A stretch of DNA of 61,647 nt, the filler included, from Choristocarpus tenellus KU-1152 (lineage: Eukaryota > Protista > Phaeophyceae), in the NCBI GenBank assembly GCA_964200185.2. It is 10 parts of 10 records of this genome, joined end to end, with 100 filler letters (N's around TTAATTAATTAA, not from the genome) between each part and the next. Parts side by side here need not be neighbours in the genome. Positions count along the whole stretch, not along the records: positions 1 to 4,770 come from CAXNAD020013128.1; positions 4,871 to 9,008 come from CAXNAD020016034.1; positions 9,109 to 13,192 come from CAXNAD020016301.1; 7 more parts are not named here. One strand, 5' to 3'. Below are positions 1 to 11,333 of this stretch, piece after piece. The position numbers were made by a program, and so were the translations under genes. The notes under the pieces were generated by a model. The model saw only the letters and a program-made list of their open reading frames with translations. It did no database searches and had not been told where the DNA came from. Within the stretch, counting starts at the first letter, position 1. Every line of letters starts with the position of its first letter.

Positions 1-284
1 TTTTTTTGTTTTTTTTGGTTTTGGGGGGGTGGGGGGGGGGGGGGGGTGGGTGGTGGGGGGTAAAAATCTGTCTTGCGGTTGAAAGTGGAATTAGAATTAT
101 TAGAATTGGAAATAGGATTTACTGTTTACGGTTATTCATTCGATAGGAATGGATGTTTCAATGAGTGTTTCAATGGATATTTCAAGTTCGTTACTTTTTT
201 TTTTTGTCCCGAAATTGTTACTCGTGGACAGTTTTTTTTGAAGTGTTTTTGTGTGTTTACACATTGAACTCTCAGTCTTTGTTT

Positions 285-445
285 TTTTATTATTACTCTT
301 ACTACTACTAATTCTTATCATTATTACCACTACTAATTTTTATTACTACTACTACTACTACTATTACTACTACTACTACTACTACTACTACTGATCCTTC
401 TTATTACTACTAATACTACCACTACTAATACTACAACTACTAATA
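285..445. repeat. (ACT/ATT)n microsatellite
   Basis: Imperfect trinucleotide run seen directly. Confidence 0.85.
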
Positions 446-460
446 TTAATCTCACATTTC

Positions 461-740
461 AAAGTATCTTTTAGAGGGTAGAGCCGTGTCCATTTGGGGG
501 TGAAAATCCAATATTGCGATTTTGATGTAATTTTGGCCATCGTGTTTGTTAGGAAGAGTCAATATCCGTGTTTCGGACACACTTTTTCATAAGGTATACC
601 TTTTCATAACGTACACATTTGAAGTGGTGAAATGCCATAAAAAAGACAAAAAAACCCCTGGGAAGTCCATCCCCAAATGGACAAACAGGGCGAAATTCGT
701 ACCCTCTCTTAATAAGATACTTACCCTCTAAAGATACTTT
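461..740. mobile_element. MITE family A copy (degenerate ends, right TIR duplicated)
   Basis: Left AAAGTATCTTTTAGAGGGTA is inverted to right TACCCTCTAAAGATACTTT; internal inverted pair GTCCATTTGGGG / CCCCAAATGGAC; internal sequence matches copies at 20777, 48976 and 51848. No clean TSD. Confidence 0.8.
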
Positions 741-1991
741 TATCTGAACATTTGTTGATGTTGTCGTGGTGAAGGAAGGAGGTGGTTCTAAGACTGTCAT
801 AGCAATGGCAACAATTTCTAAGTGATTTGAATTTAGGTGATTCAGTCACGACAATTCACTATCTCTCTTAGTTTATTGAGAAGGAGACAGGTGCCTGCCT
901 ATGGAGGTTGTAAATGGCTCTGAGCTGCTCAGAGCCGCTCTGTAGCGAGCAGTAGATGTGACTCTTGGCGCTTCGATGCTTTTAGAATATGGAAAAAAAA
1001 AAGTCTTAAAAAAATCTTCGTTCTGTCTGTGTTCAATGGTTCAATGTGTTCTATCCAACCCGGTGTTGTCGATGCTACATACACCCTCCACATTTCGAGT
1101 TCGTTCTGGAGATGGGGGTGATATTTTGACACTAAAGAAAGGGTTTCCACTTTGAGGCTATGTTGCACACAAGATAAAAAAAATTATAATGAGTAAATCA
1201 TAAATTTATATACTCCCTTCGTGTCCCATGAGTTTTCGGGGCTAGGGTTATTTATGTTCAGAGCCGCGCGTCTCGAGATCTAGAACGATTTGGAGCATGC
1301 ACGTAGATAGATAGCATGGCTCCCTATGAAAAGAGAGAAAAAAAAAGAAAGAATTTTCTACTCCATATTCAATCGTGCCTTTCGAATATTATTTTTTTCT
1401 TATTCCGTAACAGTTCCGAAAAGAGGAACCAAAAAAAAACGCTTTTTTTTTTTTTAGAACCCTTTTTTTTCAGGCGGAAATTACCTAACCAGCTCTCGAA
1501 AAGGCGCAAAGACCGTGGCTGCCTGCCACCACCACCTCAAAACAACAATGGGCGCCTATAGAACAGACGCGGCAAGCCTCGGTTTGAGGTGCTAATAGTG
1601 AACCCGGGAGTCCTAGTCCTACAGGTAAATGGTAAATGTTACAGAGCCTGTAAGGTCGTGCAGAGAGCTGCCGCCCCTCACAAAGCGTAATAACATGGGA
1701 TGCCAACTGAGCGAGGACTGTCGATATGCCCTTGTTGTGATGTAGGTAAGCCATGGATCTCCCTCCCTCTCCTCCCTCCCTGGTCGAAGCAGCCTACCCA
1801 GGGTCATTGGCAGTGTCCTGGCGGAGGGGGAGGTGTTCAAGGGTCAACAAGAGTCACATCCCGGGCAACTCTGGAATTTTTTTTCACCGAACAGGTTGCT
1901 GAAGGGCACATGCTCGACCTGGCGACAAGAAAAGGACCCTTGGACTTCACCCCGTCAAGGATCGCGTTAAGATACGGTGAATCAACAAGAA

Positions 1992-2107
1992 GAACCGGAC
2001 CAGACTGGATGGAACCGGACCGAATCGGACTGAATGGGACCGGACCAGATAGGACCGGACCGAACCGGACTGAAGGGGACCGGACCGGATGGGGCCGGAC
2101 CGGACCA
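1992..2107. repeat. Degenerate (ACCGG)n pentamer array
   Basis: Repeated GACCG/ACCGG units; explains the PDRTG repeats in overlapping spurious ORFs. Confidence 0.75.
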
Positions 2108-3089
2108 CGGCGAGACTCGCGAGAGGCGAGGGGTACGAGTGCGATGTGACGATGCTGGACCGTGTATGGTACCAGAGTTGGTACATGGAGAGTCCTCTGC
2201 CGACGATCAAGTAGATGATATCCCTGGTTACGTCACGAGGATGCAATAGTGTGAGCAGGGCGGCGGCGGTAGCTGCGGCAGCGGCAGCAGCAGCCCACGC
2301 CGGCAGTGACACGCCCTGGAAAGCTCAAGGAGGCTGGCAGGCAGGCAGGGGGACGGGGGAGGGGGGATGGATGGGAATACTACCAAGCTTTGTGATGCAG
2401 GCAGTGCAATCGCTGGGGCTGAGTGTGAACTGTATGTTTTTTTGTTTTTTTTTTGGCGTCCCTGAGCAGTAGGGTCTGGAAGGAGGGTGTTGCGAGGAGG
2501 AGGGGAGTGTCGAGTTGGTTGGAGGCGTTTTCCAGCGATGTTCGGTGAGTGCGGCAGTGACACACACGCCTGACGGGGTGTGGCAGAGCCTTTTCAAGAG
2601 GTACGCACGGGCAAGTGCTGAGAGCACACCGGAAGTGAGTAGGGGCAGAAAAGGGGGGGGGGGGTGAGAGAGGTGGAAAGTAGACAAAAAGGCACTTGAG
2701 AGGCGGCGCTTGATTGGTGGATTGATGCAGAGGAGGACAGTGCCGACAATTGGTTCTAATACATAAAACAGTAGGGTTAGGGTTAGGGTTATAATCCAGT
2801 GCAATAATCCGTTTTAGCTATCGGAGTTGATCAAGAAGAGTTACGGGATAATATAATTCCTCAAACTTGGGGAACGGAGGGAGTATATATGTAAATATAT
2901 ATACAAATCAAGTAGTATTTTTTTTTTTTTTGTCATTCAAGGTGGGATGGAGGGAACGAAGGGGGGTAGGGGTATGCTATGTGCACAAACTATCGCTCAC
3001 GCAACCAGGCGTTGGTCATGATAACCGACGTCCTCTTATCGTTGAAGTTTCCGAACTCAGTCTTGAGGAGAACGATTCCTGTGTAGGTA

Positions 3090-3125
<36 letters not shown>

Positions 3126-3710
3126 ACCCGACCAACAGTTGATAGATGAGAAGATTCTTTTTTTGTGTATTTAACGAATATATCATAGTTGTATCGAGTT
3201 TCGTTGAGTTTTAAAAGAGCCCCTATGATTGCATATACGCGTGTCTGTGTGTCTGTGTGCCTGTGTGTCTTTGTGTCTGTGTGTCTGTGTTCTTTGGCTC
3301 TATTATTTTGTGTGGAGGGTGTTTTTTTTGGCAACGAACTGTTCACCCTTAATCTTGTTGAGTGGCCACTATCTCATAGAAGGGTCAACCGTATTTCAGG
3401 CATGGGCTCAGTGTACATTGCACAAGATTCGAAAAGGGCCTTGAGACTCAAAGAATGACAAGATCCTTACTCCCTCGGGGGTGTTTTTTTCTCGTTTTTT
3501 TCTTGTTTTTTCTTTGGTGATGACTTCCATAAGGGATACCTCTACTGATGCTGGGTGTCGAGAATTGCATGTGTGTATTGCAAGTGTCTCACACTCTAAC
3601 TACACTTCATTGATTTTTATGTTTGTTGTTGTTATTGTTGTTGTTGTTGTGTCAAATGTATAGTCAGTGAACTTTAGTCTCTCTTCATTTTGTAATTTTT
3701 TTTCCTTTTT

Positions 3711-3745
<35 letters not shown>

Positions 3746-3790
3746 TTTTTTTTTTTTGTTTTTTTTTGTTTTGTGTTTTTGTTTTGTGGT

Positions 3791-3821
<31 letters not shown>

Positions 3822-3908
3822 GGGTAATGTTTTTTTTTCTTGAAGGGAAGTGAGTATGTTCCGGTGCAATAGGTAAATCAGACCAATCTCTGGTAACGAG
3901 ACAGATCA

Positions 3909-3933
3909 TAGGGTTAGGGTTAGGGTTAGGGTT
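3909..3933 (+). repeat. Interstitial telomeric (TTAGGG)n tract
   Basis: TAGGGTTAGGGTTAGGGTTAGGGTT. Confidence 0.85.
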
Positions 3934-4395
3934 GGGTCGAATGAGCATGTGTAAAGAAGAAAAATAGGTGAAAGGAGTTCTGTGATTTGTCTAAAGAAAT
4001 AAATAGGGCTTTTATTTATTCGGTTTCCTGAGATGGGGGTTTGGTTGTGCTTAAAAGATGGGATCGGTGGTTTACCTGAGGGAGTTTTGGTGTTATCCCT
4101 AACCCTAATGCACTCTACGGCGCCCCCCTCCAAATAAATATAATAATTAGGGTTAGGGTGGTCACTGATTTATTCCGGTACTGCCCGATCGCCAACTGTG
4201 AGACTTGTAGGATCTTGGCAGGTGTTGGGGGGAAGGCGTATCAGGTTTTTGTTGCTGACGAAAAAGGGTATATTAAGACATACCAGCAACGATTTCCGTC
4301 ACATTTACAGTTACATTTTCAGACGCAGCGGAAGGCTCATCTGCAAGCAAGCCTTACATCTCTCTAGGGTTGAGGGTTTGGGTTGTGTGTGGATC

Positions 4396-4511
4396 AGGGT
4401 TAGGGTTAGGGTTAGAGTTAGAGTTAGGGCTGAGAATTGTGTGGAGGGTTAGGGTTAGGGTTAGAGTTAGGGTTAGAGTTAGAGTTAGGGCTGAGAATTG
4501 TGCGGAGGGTT
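4396..4511 (+). repeat. TTAGGG/TTAGAG tracts with duplicated flank
   Basis: Two units of telomere-like repeats, each followed by CTGAGAATTGTG(T/C)GGAGGGTT. Confidence 0.85.
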
Positions 4512-4770
4512 GACTGCTTCGGTAGCACTACACGGCGTACGCAGGGTTGTTCTTGTAATCTTGCAGTTACAGGATTTGAATTTTAAAGTCAATATGTGCT
4601 AAAGCCGCGATTTGAATTTTAAAGTCAACCGGTTGGTTGATTCGTTATACGACCCCCCCTGTCTGATTGGTCGACACAGAGCTCTACCGACGAGTGAGGT
4701 ACTTCATGTGACTTTTGTTCCTTTTTTCAGCACAAGTTTTAAAAATTTGTTCCCCCAGATCGGAAAGAGC

Positions 4771-4870
4771 NNNNNNNNNNNNNNNNNNNNNNNNNNNNNN
4801 NNNNNNNNNNNNNNTTAATTAATTAANNNNNNNNNNNNNNNNNNNNNNNNNNNNNNNNNNNNNNNNNNNN
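4771..4870. other. Artificial contig linker
   Basis: 44 N + TTAATTAATTAA (stops in all six frames) + 44 N. The same linker occurs at 9009-9108, 13193-13292, 16584-16683, 22354-22453, 27237-27336, 42735-42834, 45434-45533 and 54836-54935. Confidence 0.98.
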
Positions 4871-5891
4871 GTCACTGCTGATCGTTTTGATGGCAACACT
4901 GGTAACATTTGTTTGGATGGGGATGGTGCTTACTATTGAGTGGAACGAAAGAGAAGATGCATACGATGTAGGAAGTAGATGCGCCATTGGGACTGAGTGA
5001 ACTTTGAAGAAGCAGTAAGAATGTGCTTGTCGACGAGACTAGAGCTTTACTGATGTGAGATGTTTTTCGTCTCATTGAATGGGCAATTGTTCTGTCAAGT
5101 CAGGCAGAGACTTCGAGTCTGATATGGAAATTGAATGCGAAGGTTGATTATTTGCCATGTTTCTGAATTTTCGTGTATAGATGTGTTCTCGTTCGGATAC
5201 TAGTACTACTATTGCTACTAGTGCAGAGTCCATATGCTCCACTGGAAGGGACGGAGAGATAGGCTGTACACAGTTGTTGGTCTCAGCACAGTCATATCTT
5301 ATTGGGTCTTGGGTAAGGTATATTGAAACGTTTATCGAGTCCTGTGTAGATACAGAAACCCAGCTACTTGCTATGTGCAAATACTGATGATACGGTTGAT
5401 CGGGCTCTCTCTGGTCCTGAACAACAAGCTGATCCGGCATAGAACAACGAGGGGGAGAACTGTTAAAGGAGCCTTGTCTTATTGAAAATGAAGACTGGAT
5501 TGAAGAAAAATAAACGTGGCCAACTTTGTCTCATCATGTTAGGCAGTAATTTGTTGAAAAAAAACAGAGATACTTGATTCGATTGTGATGCAATACATAC
5601 TTCTAAGAAGGATAGCGAAGAGTTTAATGATTATATCAAGTACCAGTCCCACACGGCAAACCGTATGTAACTGACTTGTCCTCATATTCGTCGCTGGCTG
5701 AAGTGCTGAGCTACTTGCTTCGGTACAACTTCCACTCACTATGCTACCTCGAAACTCGAAAAATATCCAAAGTTTCAACGAAGGTGGTCGCCAACACGAG
5801 TACACTCGAAACACGTGAAAGTAATGTGTGAGCAAAAGAAGAGGGGAGGAGGACTCAACCTTCTCATTCACTCTATTTCATATATATTCAA

Positions 5892-6152
5892 GAGCCAAAT
5901 ACAACTGAGAGGTAGGCAGGTTTGGACCCTATGGCATTCTAAGCCATATTTTTTACCCTGGGTAATGCAATCTATTCCATGGATTTATGTGCACAGTAGT
6001 GTATGCAAAAAATATTTTCCTTCTTTCTGCACACAAGGTGACGTCACAATTGAGCAGAAGCTCTTTCTATGATAATACAAAATTGTGTCTTTTTGACTTT
6101 TCTAGGGATCCTTAAGGTTCACCCCTGCCTACCTCTCTCAAATGTTTGGCTC
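5892..6152. mobile_element. MITE family C, full-length copy
   Basis: Termini GAGCCAAATACAACTGAGAGGTAGGCAG / CTGCCTACCTCTCTCAAATGTTTGGCTC; flanked by TCAA on both sides; homologous, inverted, to 7090-7350. Confidence 0.85.
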
Positions 6153-7089
6153 TCAACTAGGAAAAAAAAATGTTCTCTCTGAATATACTTCAAACAAGCC
6201 TCTGAAAGACCAATTCGTTTTGATACCTCCCCCCAAAAACACAATGTCCACCGTTAAACTAGAGTTGTGAACCGAACGAGCATATTCCTCGTGAGTCTCG
6301 CGTCAGACGGAACATGCATACTCTTTGCCGAAGTATATATCATACTACCATAGGCGTTTCGGGTTAGTTTTGAGTCTAAATTATTGAACCAAGAGGTTAG
6401 GCTAGGTCGTTAAGGGATTCTGTCGTGCGCGATACCTGCTTTAGAAGTCTCTTTACGCTCCATGTTTGTAACGTGAAATTGCTCCAAGAGGCATCATGAA
6501 GACGGTCAATCTCCCTGAAGTTCTCTTGTTGAATCATGTTCCATATTCCAACATGTGCGAGTGCCGCGCACAAAATTCTCAAACATGTATGTAAGCGAGT
6601 GAATTATTGGGTATACACCTGTCTATATTTTAAGGGTAAGGCATATCCCTATATATTGAAATTTGTTTTTTTGTGAGGTGCACTTTTCCTCACTTCTCAC
6701 ATCGTGACTATCTTTTTCTGCTCTCTCACTTCGCTGCTTTGATGCTAACTAACCCTGATCATCACCTTTCCCAAGCATTCTAAACACAAAAGGCAAATGA
6801 CACCACAAACGAGCCCAATTTTCCTCCACAGTGCTCCAGACACATGTGCCGCCAGGCAGACATAGGGACCCATAAATCCCATGGCACCCACCCAATATTT
6901 GGTATGAACTATTGCTTTCACCACAGTGGAGGGCCATTTCACCTCTTTTGTATCGTATCACATCTCCTAACTCCCAAGGATTGAACAGCGATACATAGGT
7001 GTAAAGCGTGGATAGTAGTTATGTCTACCAAACTGTTCCAGCACGATCCCAATAGAAGGCAGTGCTGCCATCATACCTACTCCATAGTG

Positions 7090-7350
7090 AATTCAAACCA
7101 CCTCAGAGGTAGGCAGGGTTGCATTTTAAGGACTCCAAGAAAGGGCAAAAAGATGTAATTTTGTACAACTGCAGGAAGATCTCCTGCTGAATTGGGGTGT
7201 CGCCTTCTATTTGGGACAGGGGAATATCAATTTCGTGTGAACTGTTGTGCACGCCTAGCAAATTGAATAGACTTTATTGCACAGGGTAAGAAAGGTGGCT
7301 TAGAATGCGAAAGGGATCCAAAGCTGCCTACCTCTTAATTGATTTGGCTC
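7090..7350. mobile_element. MITE family C, full-length copy
   Basis: AATTCAAACCACCTCAGAGGTAGGCAG ... CTGCCTACCTCTTAATTGATTTGGCTC; flanked by AGT(G) on both sides. Confidence 0.85.
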
Positions 7351-8092
7351 AGTGTTTACATTTGTAAGATACCTGTCTTATTTCGTTGATACAGTTTATT
7401 TTCAGCCAAACGAACAGAAAAGTTTGTTTCAGACTGGTTTCAAGTATCCAATCCCGTGGCAGTTCCACTAGTAGTCCAAAGGTCACCCAATACCAAAGAT
7501 TGACCTGAGAGCAGAAATAAGAACTTCATATATGTCATTGAGTGAGAGGTTCATCGTAGTAAGGCTATGATGTATGATGATAGAGCAATCAGACCACATA
7601 CACCTCCAGCACCGAGGTACGTTCAGAACACTATGTGTGTTCACTGTCTCTATCTGAGGTCAAACCACACCAACCTCTATCCAACTTCGACTTACCTCAT
7701 CCCCTCACCACAGACACCACCGCTTCCAGAATAATTAGGGTTTTGCCTCCATTTGTTATAGACCGACTTGGCTAAAAAACCCTAGGGTTGAAGCAATACT
7801 GTGGATATGGGAGTTTTTTCATGGTCCCATTGGAAACACAGCAACAAACGATGTGTCCTCTGAAGCAAGGGGGGCGAAGGGGAACTGACTGTCGTCCGAT
7901 CGACGATGGCTCGTATCTCATCGGAGAATTCCAGTACATCCAGATCAAAGGTGTCCAACATTTTGGTCAAGAACATCCCAAGAAAATGTGTAAGGTGGTA
8001 CGTGTTCTGACGCATGTTGGTCTCCACCCATGCTTATGGATTATTGAAACCGCTATAAACTACGATCCATTGGTAGTGGGCCTTAGACAGTA

Positions 8093-8277
8093 GTGTACAC
8101 AAAATTGATATTCCCCCTATCCACACACAAAGTAACACCACAATTCAGCGATGGCTCTTTTTGCGATTGTACCGAATGGCACCTTCTTGCCCTCTCCTGG
8201 GATCCTTAAAATGCAACCCTGCCTACCTCTCGGTTGGTTTGACTCCTTTTGCCTACTTCTCTCAGTTGGTCTGACTC
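8093..8277. mobile_element. MITE family C, partial copy with tandemly duplicated terminus
   Basis: GGATCCTTAAAATGCAACCCTGCCTACCTCTCGGTTGGTTTGACTC ends at 8245, followed by a second TGCCTACTTCTCTCAGTTGGTCTGACTC ending at 8277. Confidence 0.75.
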
Positions 8278-8987
8278 CTTTCAAAACCAACTGTTGGTGT
8301 CCTTCAACTATTGGACTCATAGAACAATCACAAAATGTTTTTTGGGGTCCCGAAAATACTTTGAAACTAACATTGTGAGTTTCTATCACTACTGTTTCTC
8401 CAGTCATCTCTTGGTATCCTGCAACCGTCAGAATTGGTAGAGTGGTCACAAATCATTTTGGATTCTGAAAAGGTTTTGACTTCTTCACGATTTGGGGATT
8501 GGAATTTTATCAAAATACACAACAACAACAATAAAATAGGAAATAAGATGCCTGCAACAACAGGTAGGCTTACATCCCTAAATTGTTTGTGACCGTGTCA
8601 CCAGTTGTCCAGAGGGTATAGGATAAGAGGATATGAAATGTTGACTTGAGTAACATCATTTACATTGAGATCCGGACGGAATAACTGTCTTAGTATTATT
8701 CTAGGATCTAATGTCGCTTGTGAGCGCTCGACGGGTCAAGTTGTTGGAGGATACCAAGCAGTGACTCGAGCGAGAGTGCTTTGCCATGGACGAGGGAACC
8801 ATCCACTCTGTGGGTGTAACCACCCCATTCCTTCCATGTATATTTATTAGTCACTGGCTGACCGATTTTTTTTTTGTCCGTGACTGAAGTAGCTGTTAGT
8901 GGTCTAGAAACCACCCCCCACGCTCTTTGTCATGATTTGTTCTATTTTTCATTTTCCCCAACCATTCCTAATTGGTGTTGGGCCACC

Positions 8988-9008
8988 GGGTCAAAGTATC
9001 TGGGGGGG
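8988..9008. mobile_element. MITE family B terminus at contig end
   Basis: GGGTCAAAGTATCTGGGGGGG. Similar isolated B termini near contig edges at 9109-9127, 13113-13146 and 16752-16796. Confidence 0.65.
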
Positions 9009-11067
9009 NNNNNNNNNNNNNNNNNNNNNNNNNNNNNNNNNNNNNNNNNNNNTTAATTAATTAANNNNNNNNNNNNNNNNNNNNNNNNNNNNNNNNNNNN
9101 NNNNNNNNCCCCCAGATACTTTGAGGTATGAACTACGTTTATGTTTTTGGTTGGTATGGAGAGAGGTGTTGAGTAGCTTGGTGCATGCTGTTGTTAGTTT
9201 GTTGTCAGACTGTATCGAGTCTGTTTCTCTATTCCGGACCTGGTTTGATTAAGTAGTGGTGTTCTTCAAGCAATAAACACGACTGTGGTGTCTATGTTTG
9301 CTGCACTACCTCTACCTCTACCTCTACCTAGTGTTTTTGTGTTTTTGTGTCATTGTTGTGAATGCAAGGAAGTAGGGGATGTTGGAGATGTGACTTGAAC
9401 CCGGGGGGGGAACAGGTTTTGTGATAGTTATAGGTGATGGTTGATGGTTGATGGTTGATGGTCTATATAGTAGTATCTATGTTTTGATGGGGTTGGTATG
9501 TTTGATGCTGCTTCAATTGATGGAAGTTAGTGGACTCATGTTGTGAAGGCTAGATCCGATATTTAACTGGATTTGTAAGTGCAAGTGTTCCCAGATGGAA
9601 AGGTCGCAAAGGGAGATAAAGATTTATTGGGACTTTGTGAAAGTTATGCGATTTAAATCTTGTCATGTTAGTTGATGAGATCTCACACGGTATGTTTGGA
9701 CTGGACTGAAAACTGGGCTATGTGGTTCAATCTGCTAGTGACTGGTTTAACTGAGGGTTCATGGCAAGTATAACGATTGTATGGATTTGCAATCTTTACC
9801 TTGGACTGTATGCTGGTAGTGTTGGTGATTGTATTAACTGAATAGGTATGATTGGATTATACATCACGGTGGATTGGAACTGACAATTGAGGAGTGAGTA
9901 CTTGCTGATGCTTTTAGTGTCTTGTTTTTTCGAGGAACTAGTGCTGTTTGCCTGTCTCAACTTCAGTGCTTTGTGGTCCAAAAATTGTACCGTGCATTTT
10001 GACGTCTGGATTACAACTAACTCTAAGTTGAGTATATGCTGAGCTTGTTTAAGATGATTTTACGTAAGTCCTACCATTCACAACACACTTCGTTTGAGGA
10101 GATTTTACAAGGGTGAAATCGGTATGTTCTTGGTAGCTTGGTTTATTGCATCTGTACTGCTTGATTAGTGAGTGCTCTGTTTCGTTGGAAAATCAATCAC
10201 TTTGTTGGTGTTTTTGTAGGGAGGACATTGTCTACTTTGTGAAATTTTACCGGACTTTTAACTGGGTCAGGCGTTGAGCATGTCCATTGTTGGTCATTTG
10301 GTGATACCATGTTGAAACAGTTGATGGTCATGGACTCGACCGTGTTGGGAGATTTTATCTGTTGCCAAAAAAATATATTTTTTAATACTTGGGCTGGCCA
10401 CGTCATGACCATGCCTTGCTATTTGCCATTCACTCTGCCTGTTTCCTATATTCTATGATAATACTGTAAGTACTAAATATATACAATACGCGTATTGATA
10501 TTTCTATGTTATTTTCTGTTCACTAATTTTAGTGTATATCTATGTGTACATACTGGAGTATAACTTAGCCTTCAACATTTTTTGCATTCACATAGTTGGC
10601 CTTTTTGGACATGTAGTGGACATGTAGTGGACATGATCTGAACATGATCTGAACATGCCGGAGCAAAGTTACGTTGGGCGGCTGGTGGACCCAACCAATC
10701 GGTATAATACCCTGTGGACATGGTCTGGACATGTTATAAAATGGTAGAACTGGTCCAGCTGGCGGACATGGACCCAACCAACCAGTATAATACCCTGTGA
10801 ACATATTGAAGTCAAGTGTCTTGCAAGCAAATCAAGTGAGGATGTACATCCATGGTTGTGAATTTTAGATATATATATATTTTTTTTAAACCAATCTACC
10901 AATTTTTGCCGATAAAGGATGTCAGTGCAATAGTCGTTGGCCTTTTTCTTGCACGGCTTCAACATTCAGTGTGTTTTTTGTTGTGTTTTTTCAATATTTT
11001 TTGGAAGGCGTGAGCCATCATGATGTTCCAGTTGCGTCTACCTTCTGTTAGTATAATACTGGTACAT

Positions 11068-11272
11068 CGTGTTCAATTAACGTTTTTGTAGTCATGTATA
11101 TTCTTATTTGCGTGTTCAATTAACTTTTTTGTAGTCATGTATATTCTTATTTGTGTGTTCAATTAACTTTTTTGTAGTCATGTATATTCTTATTTGTGTG
11201 TTCAATTAACGTTTTTGTAGTCATGTATATTCTTATTTGTGTGTTCAATTAGCTTTTTTGTAGTCACGTACA
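11068..11272. repeat. 43-bp minisatellite, about 4.8 copies
   Basis: Unit YGTGTTCAATTAACKTTTTTGTAGTCATGTATATTCTTATTTG. Confidence 0.9.
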
Positions 11273-11333
11273 ATTTTTTTTTTGTTATCATGCATATACA
11301 TCACATTACGTCAAAGAGTGTGATCACTGTCAG

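Noticed and set aside
2259-2634. Exon-like GC-rich blocks of a possible gene
   Set aside because: Could not build a convincing splice chain or recognise a domain.
3600-3948. Poly-Pro/Lys ORFs
   Set aside because: Translations of poly-G/poly-T runs that look like low-quality sequence, as at 1-60.
3909-4511. True chromosome end
   Set aside because: Tracts are short and flanked by unique DNA on both sides.
4871-8090. Coding-like remnants (5072-5440, 6397-6582, 7782-8027 on the minus strand)
   Set aside because: No recognisable motif; interrupted by stops; left unassigned.
11068-11272. CRISPR-like array
   Set aside because: Head-to-tail units with no unique spacers, no cas genes, eukaryotic context. 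The same applies to the intronic minisatellites.
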